Shown: positions 24,385 to 37,590 of the stretch, piece after piece
How positions within the stretch are numbered: position 1 is the stretch's first letter
Layout: the number at the start of each line of letters is the position of its first letter
Assembly (NCBI GenBank): GCA_964016885.1
Contig: OZ024742.1
Span: forward strand, 45,012,001 to 45,076,000
Source of the DNA: Eledone cirrhosa
Lineage: Eukaryota
Direction: 5' to 3'
Length of the DNA: 64,000 nucleotides
Program-made: the position numbers and the translations under genes
Notes under the pieces: model-generated
The model's database searches: none
Told to the model about the DNA's origin: nothing
What the model saw: only the letters and a program-made list of their open reading frames with translations

Positions 24385-24925
24385 ATAAAATGGAGTTCCA
24401 CTGATGCAGGTGGAGAAGTTCAAGTATCTCAGGGCCATGTTCATGAGCGAGGAAAAGCAGGAGGCTGAATTAGGTGCAAGAATTGCAGGAGCTTGTGCAG
24501 TAATGTGCTTGCTTCAGCATTCGGTAATCAGAAGAATAGAGGTATGTGTAAAAGTCAAATTCGCTATCTTCAATTCGGTATTTGTGCCAACTCTTACCTA
24601 TGGTCATGAATATTGTGTAATGACTGAATGAATATGAAAGCAAATACAAGCAGCCAAAATGTTCTTTCGATGTTTTTTTTAGTAATATTACTTGATATAG
24701 TACATAGCTCAGAGATCAGAGAGTTACCCCAGGTAGAGCTGCTACTTCTATGGATTGAGAGATCACAGCTCTAATACTACGGACATGTGGTTAGAATGTC
24801 TCAAGAAAGAATCACTGGACAGATTTTACAGGCAAAATCAACTGGCAAGGAGACCTAGGGGTAGACCCCGAGCCAGATGGTTGGATAACATCCATTAGTT
24901 CGGCTTGGGATCCACCCGGATCAGT
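24385..24925 (+). mobile_element. RTE LINE 3' fragment, opposite orientation
   Basis: GVPLMQVEKFKYL..VFVPTLTYGHE..YGHVVRM..RPRGRP. Confidence 0.75.
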
Positions 24926-26490
24926 TGAAAATGACCCCAAAATGTTTGAAATTCTCTACCAACTTCAGTGTAATTCTTTCACACGCAGAGCACACTGTGC
25001 AGGTTTTCTTGAGAGGTCTTAGTTTTCACAGTACTGATTTTCATTCCTGCATGTCGGAGAACAAGTTAAGTCGCACCATTTTTCTGATAATATCAGCCAA
25101 CTGATCTTATACTTGCTGGTTTTGATATCACTTCCAACATGGCTGCACATGTCAATCCTGTTTTTGAAGATTATGAACAGAACAAGGTGACAATACGAAC
25201 CCTTTGTGGAGTCTAGCATCCATATTGAATGGTTTCAACTTTACACCATTTATCTGAACAAAAATACTAGAGCATTCATATAGAGATTTCAAGGCAACAA
25301 GTTGCTGTCCTTCGATCCCATACTCTTATAGAACCTTCCACAACAAGTTCTGTGGCAATACTACCAGAATTTCTCGAAAACTTGTCACAAAGTAAATATT
25401 GGTTGGCTGTGCTATGTTCAAGGCAAAAACCACTAGCTTGGACTCAACAATATCCTTACATCTCTTTGCCAGACACATAGCATAGATTGTAAAATTGAGC
25501 AATCTTGTTTATCTTCCTTTTTGAAAATTTGGGATTATCACTCCTTATTGTCATAGCATTGTTGCTTTTTCAGAGATCCAGGTCACCTGGTACACACATG
25601 CCATCCAAAGCATACCTTCTCTATATAATGCTTTTAACATTTCGGGCTGAATTTAATCCTTCCCAAAAGCCTTGCAATATTTGAGCCCTTTAATTGTTCT
25701 GGTGACCTCAGCCCTCGAAAGGTTAGTCATCACTCCTAGATGCACATCGTGTACATCAGATGTTGTTATGACCGGGTTTAGGAGATCAGCAAAGTATTCT
25801 CTCCACCTAGTGAAGATGTATTTCTCTGAAGAGAGAAGAACCCCAGACATGGAGGGAGATTTCCTATTACAAAGTTGGCAGATGGTCTGCCAGAATACTT
25901 TGCTGATCTAAGGCCGGATTCCAGCTTAACCCCAAAGCTATTATATATTTGACACCTTTACTGTCTCTGCTATGACGTTATGCCTGTTTGTACTGCAAAT
26001 ACAAGAAGGGGGACTTATATCCAAGCCAAGCTGTGTAAGCCTCCTTCTTTGCTCAGATGGCATCTTTGACCTCCTGATTGAACCACCCAGCATTGCTTTC
26101 ACTCCCAGCATTTAACAGCAGAAGTGGAAACTGCCGAGTCGAACAGTTTCCAATCTGTTTCAATGTCCCCAATTTGTTCAAGGAGTTCTCTAAATTTGGA
26201 TGCAATAGTGTCTGTATGTCTGGTCCTGATCTTATCATCGGCCAATGCTTCCTACTTTATCCTGTAGGTTGAATTGGACCCTCCAGTTTGTGGGTTTTCT
26301 TGACTTTACATAGTCTCAGGTTTCAGATAACTAGATGGTGATCAGTTGACAGCTCAGCCCCTCTCTTAACATGAACATCCAAGACTGAATTGAAGAGATG
26401 AGACAATAAAAAATTTAATTTAATGACCATGAATATTTAAGGATATTTTTGTTCTAGAAAAAGGTGTTCATAATAGAGAGCCCATTACTA
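24926..26490 (-). mobile_element. RTE LINE central fragment (EN end to RT), degenerate
   Basis: WFNQEVKDAI, RWREYFADLLNP, LFIIFKNRID; many frameshifts. Confidence 0.75.
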
Positions 26491-26867
26491 GAATATTCAT
26501 CACTAATTCTATTCCCATCTTCCTCTTCTATACATTGTTTGTCTTCCTCTCTCTCAGTGATACTTCACTCATCCATTTTCTTTCTCTCTAGTCTTCTCTG
26601 TTGTTCCACTTTCATCACCGTCTCACTCCCATAAATCATGATACTTCTCACATGCAGCATAGTTTGTGACACACTCCTCATCATTAAGATACCACTCACT
26701 TCCCAGAACTTCTACACACATCTCACTCTAAATATTGTCATGGCAATCCACTGCTTCCAAAGTAACAAAACATTTTCACACCTTCCATCTTTGTACCATT
26801 CCCAAGATCCAGCTCAACATCCTTTCCATCTGTAGTTCCTGCCATACACACTTTAATTGTATATGAT

Positions 26868-27203
26868 GGAGGCACATGGCTTAGTGGTTAGAGCATTGGC
26901 CTTGCAATCGAAAGGTTGTGAGTTCAATTCTCAGACCGGGTGATGTGTTGTTTCCTTGAGCAAGACACTTTATTTCACATTGCTCCAGTTTACTCAGCTG
27001 TAGAAATGAGATGATAGGGACTGGGTTCCCTATCATTCCACTGCAAAGTGGACGTGTAGGTGCCACGACAAAAAAGCACCCAGCACTCACTGTAAATGAG
27101 GTTGGTGTTAGGACGGGCATCCAGCTGTAGAAATCAAGCCAAAATCAGTTCCCGTCCCACCCTTGCAAGCAGGGAAAAGCGGACGTAAAATGAAATGAAA
27201 ATG
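26868..27203 (+). mobile_element. Full-length tRNA SINE with one 48-bp subunit and RTE tail
   Basis: Head ggaggcacatggcttagtggttagagc, ccttgagcaagacacttt domain, ccactgcaaagtggacgtgtaggtgccacgacaaaaaagcacccag, tail ggacgtaaaatgaaatga. Confidence 0.85.
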
Positions 27204-28529
27204 ATTGAAGGAGATTTCCGTGGTATTTCAGTCCGGTTCAGCTACCACTTAGAATCTTATGTTATTCATGCTGTAATGAAATTTTGATTTAGATTACAAT
27301 TTTGTATGGTTGACTTCAGGTAAGTTTGTGTTAAAAAGGTTAACTGCAAAATTTCAGTACAGCATCACTAGTGCAGTCAATTGATAGAATTATTAGATTG
27401 TCAGTCAAAATACCATTGGGAATTTTTTTACATCTTGTTATTTCATGTTTTCAATTCAAATCCAGCCACAATCAACTTTGCCTTTAGTCTTTTTGAGGGT
27501 CGATAAATAAAGTACCACATAAGTACTAGGTTTTTTTATAATCAATCATAATCTTCCACTAACATATTTTGGCTTTGTGTTTTTGTTAGAAATCAATATC
27601 ATATCACTCGTTATTAGATTACCAATACCGCAAATGTCATTGTAATGCTCAACAAATATTCTATTCACACTTTCAAAAATAAAATAAAATAAATGTAATT
27701 TTCAATTAGATGAGAGAAAAATTGTTTTAAGTTTGACCTTAACACCCCCCCCCCCCCCCCCAAAAAAAAACAATCTTTTGAAGATGTACAATCTATGAAA
27801 AACTACAATAGTAATAATAATAATAATGAGTAGAAAGGATGGAATTTTCTGGCATTTTTCCTAAATGTCTTTAAAGCTATTTAATACTATTAGTAAATAA
27901 GTATTCTTTGTGAAGAAAGAGAAATTGATTTAGCATTAATTTTCTTCTCTTTCTCTCTCAATATTATCTAGTTATTTAGTATTTGTCTTAACATAATAGT
28001 ATGTGACCGCCATACACATCTGAAATAATATATTTAAATTGCTATTACTACAAACTTTTAAAGAATGTCAGCTTATCAAATGGTGAGTTTTAAAACTATA
28101 TTTATAAAACTTTGAAAAAAAAAACGAAAATCAAGTCTGTTTTTCTGTTTTATCAAAGTAATCTTTTTACAAAAATATAATGTTTCTAATATAGGAACAT
28201 TGCCAGAAAGTTTGTGGTAGGAGTTAGTTAATGAAATTGACCTTTGTACTTTATTTTATTGACTCTAAAAGTATGAAAAACAGAGTTGAATGTCTCAAGA
28301 ATTGAACTTAGAACACAAAAAGCTGTAACTGATTATTGCAAGGCATTTTGTCCAATACTCTAAGGATTCTGCTAATCAGCCACCTTGCTGTTAGTAGTAG
28401 TAGTAGTAGGACTTGTAAGAGTAGGACTTGGAGTAGTAAGAGTAGTACTTGTAGTAGTTGTAATAATATCTTGATTGCCACAAGGCAATATAACTAAAAC
28501 AAAAAAAAAAAAATGAACAGGATATATGC

Positions 28530-28980
28530 AGATATCTTAAGAGGGAAACAATCATCAGCCAATCAAAGATCTCCATACATTAAGGATTGTTAAGGAAAAT
28601 CCCCTTTCCAGCTTTGTTCTCTGACCTTCAAGCACATGCTGAGAAAAGACATTTATGGAAACAAATTCACAGGAGCATCTCCTCTGAAATCAAAAGAAAG
28701 TTGGGGGCTTGGTTGAAGAGAAGAGTGTCTGTTTTCAGTTCTTTCTGTTGCACCCACCATACAACCTCTTTTGCCATGTCTACTAGAAAGAAGAAAACTG
28801 TCTTCCCTTCTTGGGCCAAAGGAAGGTGACAATGTGATCTTCATGAAAATCTTAGCTGATAGCTGGATTGACAAAACACCACTAATAAACCATGCTTGGA
28901 CACTGAATGAGTATGTCATAGATGTTATCTCAAACTGGCAATGTGCCCCTAGATCAAGGATTTCTGGAAGATTTCTGTAG
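28530..28980 (-). mobile_element. Old Tx1/L1 3' fragment
   Basis: Similar to 46650-46990 (caccatacaacctct, atcttcatga..ttagctga). Confidence 0.5.
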
Positions 28981-29426
28981 TCTCATTTATGCAAATGAGT
29001 TGTAATTAAATGCCACAATTCTTTACCATCTGTATTTTATATATAACCTCCCCCCTCCTGGCCCACAACCACCACTTTAAACACCTGGGTCCCACATCCA
29101 ATAAATACCTATTATCCTTCAAACACATACATGCACTACATTCCAATACATAGATTCATTTAATTTAATCCAACAAGCTACCACAAACAGATTTTCTAAT
29201 CCCCACACCTGTAACATGACCAGTCATACTTGACCTGTACTAGAATACAAATAGATTATTTTACTAAAGCCAGATATCAATTCATAAACCAAAAACTGAT
29301 TTTTCCTATATATACAATTTCTTTCTTATCTGTTTGTGTGCAGATATGTGTGAGTGTATAGTTATTCATTGGTTTCTATATATATATATATATACATTTG
29401 TAAGCGTACATATTTGTGTGTATATA

Positions 29427-29666
29427 TATGTAAAGTGGTCGTGTAGGAGTCGCAACAAAAAGCCCCCGGCCCACACTGTAAAGTGGTCGTGTAGGCGTCA
29501 CAACAAAAAGCACACAGTACACACTGTAAAGTGGTTGTGTGCGTGTCACGGCAAAAAGTACCCAGCACACACTGTAAAGTGGTCATGTAGGCATCATGAC
29601 AAAAAGCACACTGCCCACACTATAAAGTGGTCGTGTAGGAGTCATGACAAAAAGCACCTAGCCCAC
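29427..29666 (+). repeat. 48-bp minisatellite, 5 units, followed by SINE tail to about 29827
   Basis: Unit actgtaaagtggtcgtgtaggagtcacgacaaaaagcacccagcccac recurs at 29475, 29523, 29571, 29619 and 29667. Confidence 0.9.
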
Positions 29667-30816
29667 ACTGTATATGTGGTGGTGTTAGGAAGGGCATTCA
29701 GCTGTAGAAATCAAGCCAGAAACAGTTCCATATGAGCAAGATATAGTCACCTGACCCAACTTGCCTCAAATGGGACAACCCATCTAACCCATACTAGCGT
29801 GGAAAGTGGACGTTAAATGATGATGATGTGTGTGTATATTTGTTTTCCAAACCACAGATGTTCCCTAAACCCAGTCTGGAGAGAAAGCCAGAATGTCTTA
29901 TCCAACCACATTACTCACCCCAACTCTAGTAATGTCTCGGTCTCTTTCACATTCTTCCACTCCTCAGTCCTTCTCACCAGTCAATCAGCACCATTTATGT
30001 GCCATGTGCATTAAGTGGAAGATAAAAGCAATGGTCCCAACTTTGACAATTTTTTTACACCTTTCTTATATCAAACTTATGAGATGTGCATCAGAATCCT
30101 TGCACCATTGGCACTGCCTGCACTGTTTACGCACATTGATGCTATAGCCGAGTAAGTTTTTAATAGTAATCTCCCACCTCAGGTAGTTATTGAAAGTGAT
30201 CATAGGATACTGATAGCTGCCCACAGTCTCTCAGCAGAAAAGTTAGCATTGTTCATCAACCAAGCATTTAACGCCAAGTCAACAATACTGGAATCACCTA
30301 TTTCGTTTGGCGACTCTCGCACTTGGGATCCTGGTGGCAGGTATGGTTAGGTCCCCTCCTTTGCTTCAAGGTTCAGAGGCAACATTACTTCCTTCTGCCA
30401 TACCTCCCAAACTACCTTCTCCATTCTCCACAGCTGCCCATCCATACCAATACTGCCCACACTGGTCTCAGTAGATAGTATGAAATGACTGTGACTGAGT
30501 ATTTTAGACAAACATTCTACCATTTTAGGATTAGAAGGCTTCCTCTCTACACAGAAATCAAGAGATTATTCTTATGCATTACAGACATTGTGACTTCATC
30601 TATAAATATTTACTGCTATGGTTCCATATACGAAGGAATATTGCTCTAGCAATACTATGTCACTCAAAATATAGAATATACCTAAAATATAGAATATACT
30701 TGAAATGGTCAGTTGAATTTGCATGACTTACATGTGTTTAATGACATAATTAAATAATATTTATGTTAGAACACAATATATATTTGAAGATTTCATGGTA
30801 AATTATATATATATAT

Positions 30817-30886
<70 letters not shown>

Positions 30887-31243
30887 ACAGAGAGAGCCAG
30901 GAATAGGTTAACCCATCTGTTAGCATATTTCTAATGATAAACACTATGCGATTTTCAAATAATTTTGAAAATAAAGAATTTTGTGGGATTTAGTCAGATA
31001 ACTAACTTTCTCATAATGCTGGCGTTTGGAACAGAACTTATGCAATTCTGAATAAAGGTTTTTGGGGTTTTTTTTTTAGGTAAACATAAACACTTTGATT
31101 TGTATAGAAGAAGCAGTAGTTTCAAGTAGTTTAGTATCAAAAAGGTTAAATGTGATCTGTACTTTACACTTTATGTCAATGCATCATTTCTTTGAATATC
31201 AGTTTTTAAAACAATATTGAATGTTTGAAAATGACTACATTAA

Positions 31244-31408
31244 CCGTTTAGCATTTACATTACTCTATATATAATATTATATTTACTATCATATTTTCAC
31301 GGTTTAAGGTTTTATTTCACATAATATCAAATCTATGAGATTTTGATATTATTTATTTTGAGAATGTACCTTAACATAACTATGAGTGGCAGTTTATATG
31401 CTAAAGGG
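31244..31408. mobile_element. piggyBac-type MITE (TTAA TSD)
   Basis: ttaa ccgtttagcat..atgctaaaggg ttaa; same family as 37393. Confidence 0.65.
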
Positions 31409-31689
31409 TTAAATATATCAACATTAACTTAGCTGTTGTTTTACATGCAGATGGTGTCTCTGAGTAATTGACCTCAGTGATTTTGTTTCTAAATCATTGG
31501 TGAATTTTATTCAGCAAAGACCAACAGATTTATCAGCCACTCTGACTGACATCTCACATTAACCCATAAATACTCCTCAAAAGATTGTCCAATAGGATAA
31601 TGTAATGCTTGGAGAAGCAATACATTCTGTAGAGCAGAAATCCTTTGAACCAGTTGACCAACTTTATTACAAAGAGAATACCAGCAGAT

Positions 31690-31706
31690 ACTATATATAT
31701 ATAAAT

Positions 31707-31756
<50 letters not shown>

Positions 31757-32220
31757 CATCATCACCATTTTACGTCCGTTCTTCCATGCTAGCATGGGTT
31801 ATATATATATACTATATATACTATATATATATATACTATATATATATATACTATATATATATATACTATATATATATACTATATATATATAAAGACACAG
31901 AAGCGAAAACCAACCAAACAGTGAGTGTGTTCTGTTATTAATTCTGGCAATATTACACAAATATGACCTTCCCCAAGTATAACAATATATATATATATAG
32001 TTGTGTGAACATAAAAAATACATATGATATATATATATATCATATCATATGTATTTTTTATATATACATATATATATATATCATATGTATTTTTTATATA
32101 TATATATATATATATATCATATGTATTTTTTATATATATATATATATATATATCATATGTATTTTTTATATATATATATATATATATATCATATGTATTT
32201 TTTATATATATATATATATA
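31690..32220. repeat. Compound (TA)n-based micro/minisatellites
   Basis: (TA)n, (TATATAC)-type units and 5 copies of catatgtatttttt(at)n at 32046-32220. Confidence 0.9.
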
Positions 32221-32270
32221 TCAAGTAAGTATGTTTTGAAACAGTGAGCAGGTTTGAAATTAGAAAATAG

Positions 32271-32461
32271 AATAGCTTTCACCGTATTTTTGACTAAAAG
32301 AATTTTAGCCTAATAATGGGGTTTAGAACCCTCAGATAAATGGAAAAAGATGAGTATTGACGTACATGTACGTCAATACTCATCTTTTTCCATTTATCTG
32401 AGGGTTCTAAACCCCATTATCAGGCTAAAATTCCTTTAGTCAAAAATACAGTGAAGGCTAT

Positions 32462-32462
<1 letters not shown>
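32271..32462. repeat. 192-bp loopless palindrome (96-bp arms)
   Basis: Centre gacgtaca|tgtacgtc at 32366/32367; 4 transition mismatches; (TA)n on both sides. Confidence 0.95.
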
Positions 32463-32513
<51 letters not shown>

Positions 32514-33220
32514 GTGTGTGTGTGTGTGTGTAACCTTTCATGAAATTGGGTTAATTGTGAAATAACTTTTTGTTTAATTCCTGCAAGTCTTTCATATAAA
32601 AATGCTAAAGTTCACAAATGTGGAACTGGCAGAGAGTTTTTTTGCTGTTTTTAACTTTTAACACTACAAGAATGAATGGTTGTTGTCTGACTAAAATATC
32701 TACTATTATAGTACATCTGGTCTTCCTTTTGAATTGTGCCTATTACCTTTGAGTTAATAAACAAGAGAAAGCCACATGAAAAAAGTCAATGTAGGGCATT
32801 ACATTAGATGATGGAAAAGCAGTTTTATTCAACATAGTTTGATGAATGATTTGAAATTCTGGAAAGCAAATTCTACATCTGCAACTAGAAAGTTTTTAGA
32901 GTATTTTAAAGCAATTTAGTGTGAGGTCATTGAAATGTCATGTGATCTTAACAAATTCATAATGAGTAAACTAACAGGTCAGATGAAAAATTTGCAACTA
33001 AAGAAGCTGAAAAATTCTGTATCTCTGCACCTTATTTCATTGGTAGTATTCAGTATAAAAAACATGAAATAACAAACTAAATAGTATAAAACATGTAGCC
33101 GACATCTCTTCTTTTAGCACCAATAATATTTGCAATATTGAAATTTGATATCAACTGTTATTGTTGTTTAACCCCAAGGTCAGTCCTGATCAAAAATATT
33201 CTAGCTGTAACCTTCCTATC

Positions 33221-33252
<32 letters not shown>

Positions 33253-33291
33253 GATCAGAGCAAACAACACGGACACTCTATCTCAAAATTA

Positions 33292-33328
33292 TTTTTGAAA
33301 AGCATTTAGAAATGCGCAACCGGTAAAA
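33292..33328 (+). ncRNA. Degenerate hammerhead motif with U3:A8 core
   Basis: ttt TTGAAAA gcatt-taga-aatgc GCA ACCGGT A aaa; GAA changed to GCA. Lies in a 200-bp insert between (TA)n tracts. Confidence 0.45.
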
Positions 33329-33447
33329 ACTTAAAAACTTAAAACCACAACTGAATACTAACCCATACAATCACTAATACTCTTTTATTCCTAATTAAAC
33401 CATTTTTCAACTGTGAACAATTTGTCAGCATTTTCTATTCCGTTTAC

Positions 33448-33489
<42 letters not shown>

Positions 33490-33776
33490 GAGAGAATAGG
33501 GAGTGTGTAACACTCCACTTATCAAATATATATATATATATATATGTATTGAAGTTTCCATTGAAAATTGAAAAAAGTCATAGGAGTGAAGAGTGCTCTA
33601 TGTAAGTACCAGAGCTAAATTTAATGTATAATAAACAATACAATATAATTACCTCATTACCAGAGGTTTCCTGAATAAGACGAATACAAAAAACGCGACC
33701 ATTTCTGTTGGAAGCTATGGGCGCAGTCTTTAAGGGTATGTCAATATTTATTCATAAAACTGATCTATATTATATT

Positions 33777-33830
33777 TTATCTGATGAAAGCACACCATAA
33801 TTTAACTTGGTGTCCTTGAAATATGTATAA
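33777..33830 (+). ncRNA. Hammerhead-like motif in (TA)n-flanked insert
   Basis: ttat CTGATGA aag-c-acacca-loop-tggtgt-c-ctt GAAA tatgt ataa. Stems I and II clear; cleavage junction one nt short. Confidence 0.55.
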
Positions 33831-33879
33831 TGAAATAAATATGGTTTTATAAATATAGTTTCCATTTGTTAATATATCG

Positions 33880-33927
<48 letters not shown>

Positions 33928-35909
33928 TGTTTCTGAGGAGGATTGCCGATTGGACAGCGTTTTCGAGACTAAATAGGTAGTAACTTAACCACTGCCATGC
34001 TAGTTGATACATCGATCAATCTACTCTCAGAAATGATTGTAAAACAATGAAATAACTTTCTACCTACACCTGACTTCCGTTTTTATTGTTCAAACACATG
34101 TGTGTGTGTGTGTGAGACAGTGTTGTACCTTGCTTTTTGGCTACTGTTTCTAACAGCTTGAGTTGCCATGTTGAATCTCCCTTGCTGTTTTTTTTATGAT
34201 ATTGGTATTGAAAAAAATGTGTGAGGAAAGTAATGAAGATAAGAAATGAATACTTTAGAAGAAATCAAAAAAAACATTCTAAAGACTCATTTAAATAATA
34301 AGAGCATTAATCCTACCATTAAGAAATTTGCATTGGCAGCTATAAAATATGTCATGTAGTATTGGATTGCAATGATAGAAAATGAGATAGATATAAGTAA
34401 ACTGAAACACAGGAACCTATCGAAAAAAGGCATTTTCAGCACAACAAACCAGACATTCAATAACTATAAATTTGAAGAAGAAAAGGTAGTTGGAGTATAT
34501 TGAGGATAATTTAGGAAAATGACTATTCATGTTGCACATTATCTTTGAAATTTATGAGAAATGTGCTGCATAACCATTATGGAATGTGTTAGAAAGAAAG
34601 GTAGTGAAACATACATCAGTATAGTAACACAACTTTGGCTAGCATTTTTTCCAGAGCAATCAGGTAGTTGGTTGGCTGGTAGGCTGACTGGTTTTCTGAA
34701 ATTTAGGTTACAAATGGTTAGGTTATTTGCATAAGGATCCTTGATCCTTCTTGATTTCTTGTACCATGTATATATCTTTCATGTACATCAGAATAACGAT
34801 CCTGATATTGTTTAAAGCCTCCAGCTACGAAATGGGTGAGCATCTCCACTGTTACTAAACTTGCTAGATATAGTAGTCTAATTCTCTGAAATCATACCCT
34901 GGCTACTTTAAAAAGGAAAAAAAAGTAGGACACATTGGATAATGTAGTTTTAATTATACAAAAGAAAAACAAAAAAACAGGATGGTCATGGTTGGAATGT
35001 CAATCATCAGTCTGCTTGATTAGAGCTGACCTTCAGCTAGACAATGAGGTTACTGTTGTCTGTTTTTAATATAGTCTGCATGGGGGACCCTTAAAAGGAA
35101 TTGTTTTGTTCATTTGTCAGTCCTGCCTGTGAGCATATCCAGAGATCATTGTTATTGTATCATTTATTAAATCTTAACTTAATTTTTCTGTTTCATACTG
35201 TGTTCAATGAGGGTTAATTTAGATTTAAACAACACCAGCAATAATGGAAGAAATTCTAACAGAAATCAGACCAGTACAGGCAGAAGCAGATTAGTCTATT
35301 TTTATGTTTCACGTGAAGCTGATATAAAATAATTAATAAAAAATTGAACTGAAATTATCGTAGTAAAAAATTTAGTGTATCAGGGTCAACAGAGGAATGT
35401 TGGGGTATATTTGTTTTAAAGTTTGTTTTTGTGATATACATTGTACCATTAACATTATTACATTGGTATTATTGGTAGAGGATTGAACAACATGGTTTGC
35501 AGCATTTAATTATGACTTTCTAGTTCTGAGTTCAAATCCCACCAAAGTCAATTTTTCCTTTCATCCTTCAGGGTTTGATAAAATAAAGTACCCTTAAAGT
35601 ATTGGGATCATTATATTCAACTTTCTCCTCCCCATAAATTGCTGGCCTTGTTTCTAAGTTAGAAATTATTATTACAAAGTATGTTATTAATTTCAGGGAA
35701 CATAAATTTATCTACTTACAGATAACTTGAAGTTGCTTCTTAAGTTTTAAGAATGTATTAGCTTATTTTTGTAAATGAATAAATAGTTCAGAGGTTTTAG
35801 GGAAAGTACTGTGTTGAGATTTACATTTAAAATGTTTTATTAATGAAAAGTGGGAGAATATTTGTGATAGGTTGCAATGGGAAAGTTGAAATACAGATAG
35901 AGAAATAAC

Positions 35910-36097
35910 TGTTTCTACTTTTGGCACAAGGCCAGCAATTACCCAGTGCATTACTGGTACTTTATTTTATCGACCCCGTAAGGATGAAAGGCAAAGTTAA
36001 CCTCGGCGGGATTTGAACTCAGAATGGCAAGGGCCGTAACTCTATGGGTCAAAGCATGGCGTCCGACCCTCTACCGATACTGCCAATCCACCGCCCT
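35910..36097 (-). mobile_element. Young Meta-type SINE with perfect 15-bp TSD
   Basis: TSD agatagagaaataac at 35895-35909 and 36098-36112. Confidence 0.92.
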
Positions 36098-37392
36098 AGA
36101 TAGAGAAATAACACATTAGTGTTAGGTATAGGAGAGCTAAGTTAAAGTCAACTTAATATATGTTAGAAATAAATAGTAGATATAAAGCAGATTACTTGAG
36201 ATAAAATATCCCTCCCAGGTAGTGAAATCAGCTGACCATGTTGATTCTTTTTAATACAAACCTACTGAGACTATATTTGTTCTTGTGGTACAAAACTGTC
36301 CATATTTAAATTAAAGCCTTCCATCATTATTTTATGTAAAAGTTCAAATCCCGCCATGGTTAGCTTTGCTTTTCTTCCTTACGGGATCGATAAAATAAAG
36401 TATCAGCCATGCACTGGGGTTGATTTAATTGACTTTCCTCTTCCCCTAAAATGATTGGCCTTGTGTCTACATCAGAAACCATTATTTAATGTAAGAACCT
36501 TTTCATAAAAATATTTTACTAAATTCTTGGTTCTTAAAAAATAATTGAAACTCAGATTTGTGTTTTATAAGAAATATGGTTGCACAATGGTAAAGTTGTA
36601 GCTTACTCTGATCATTAAAAGGTTAAAGTTATAGTTTATTTTGATCACAAAATGCTGATCAGTGGAGTCAGTCTTGATAACAGCTTCCCAGATGAGGCGT
36701 TGCAGCACAGCAGAAGAAAATTCTATAAAATATGAAAAATACAAATTGAATATTTAAATACTTGTATGACCCTGATAATCATACTTTACTTATTGAATAA
36801 AGTAGTAATCATCCTGTATCCATTTTTCCAAGCTAGCATGGGTTGAATGGGTCATTACAACTAGGGTTAGCATTTATTAGGAATTACTGACCTCCTAAAT
36901 GGATTAGGATCACATTTTACTAATACATTCCATTCAGTTCTGTTTCTCTGGAAGTCATGGATGTCAATGTTATATGTATAATAACTGGTATTTAGAACTT
37001 GCTATTTCTGAGTCTGATGTTACATGTGTAACTTTGATGGTAAAGGGACTTAAAAGTGACTGTACTGTTTGGAAATGTTGATTAGAAAGTGTAACTACAC
37101 TGATGATGACCATCATTATCACATCAGTTTCTCAATGCTGGTACCAGTTAGATTGACTTCTTGTTGTCAATACATGTTTTTTAAGTAAGGTACAGATCTT
37201 CATATATCTTCTTACTCCTGCGCTAAGGAACAAAAACATAGTGCTTGCACTAGCAGTATCAAATGCAAAGTAAAATAACAGAAACACAAGCACACATGAT
37301 GAACTACATACAGTTTCTGTCTACTAAATTTGCTCACAAGACATCAGTTGGCCTGAGTTATTAACCACACATGAATGAATGATGTGCATTAA

Positions 37393-37590
37393 CCCTTTAG
37401 CATTTACATTATTCTATATTTACTATTATATTTTCATGGTAAAGTTTTTATTTCACATAATATTGAATCTATGAGATTTTGATATTATTTATTTTGAGAA
37501 CAATACTTTAACATAAGTATGAGGCGCTGGTTTGGACAGAAAGAGATGAGAGAATTCTGGCCAGATATGGCCAGTTTAAATGCTAATGGG
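37393..37590. mobile_element. piggyBac-type MITE (TTAA TSD, CCC termini)
   Basis: ttaa ccctttagcattta..taaatgctaatggg ttaa. Confidence 0.75.

Noticed and set aside
26868-26945. tRNA genes at SINE heads
   Set aside because: A/B boxes run into SINE core and tail, copies are dispersed with TSDs, and no full cloverleaf is evident.
32271-32462. Palindromes as assembly or chimeric-read artefacts
   Set aside because: Arms carry substitutions and indels expected of aged genomic copies. Not fully excluded without reads.
34190-34600. Nested protein-coding exon
   Set aside because: Resembles a highly decayed R4/Dong RT fragment (EYFRR..ILKTHLN) with stops; too weak to annotate.
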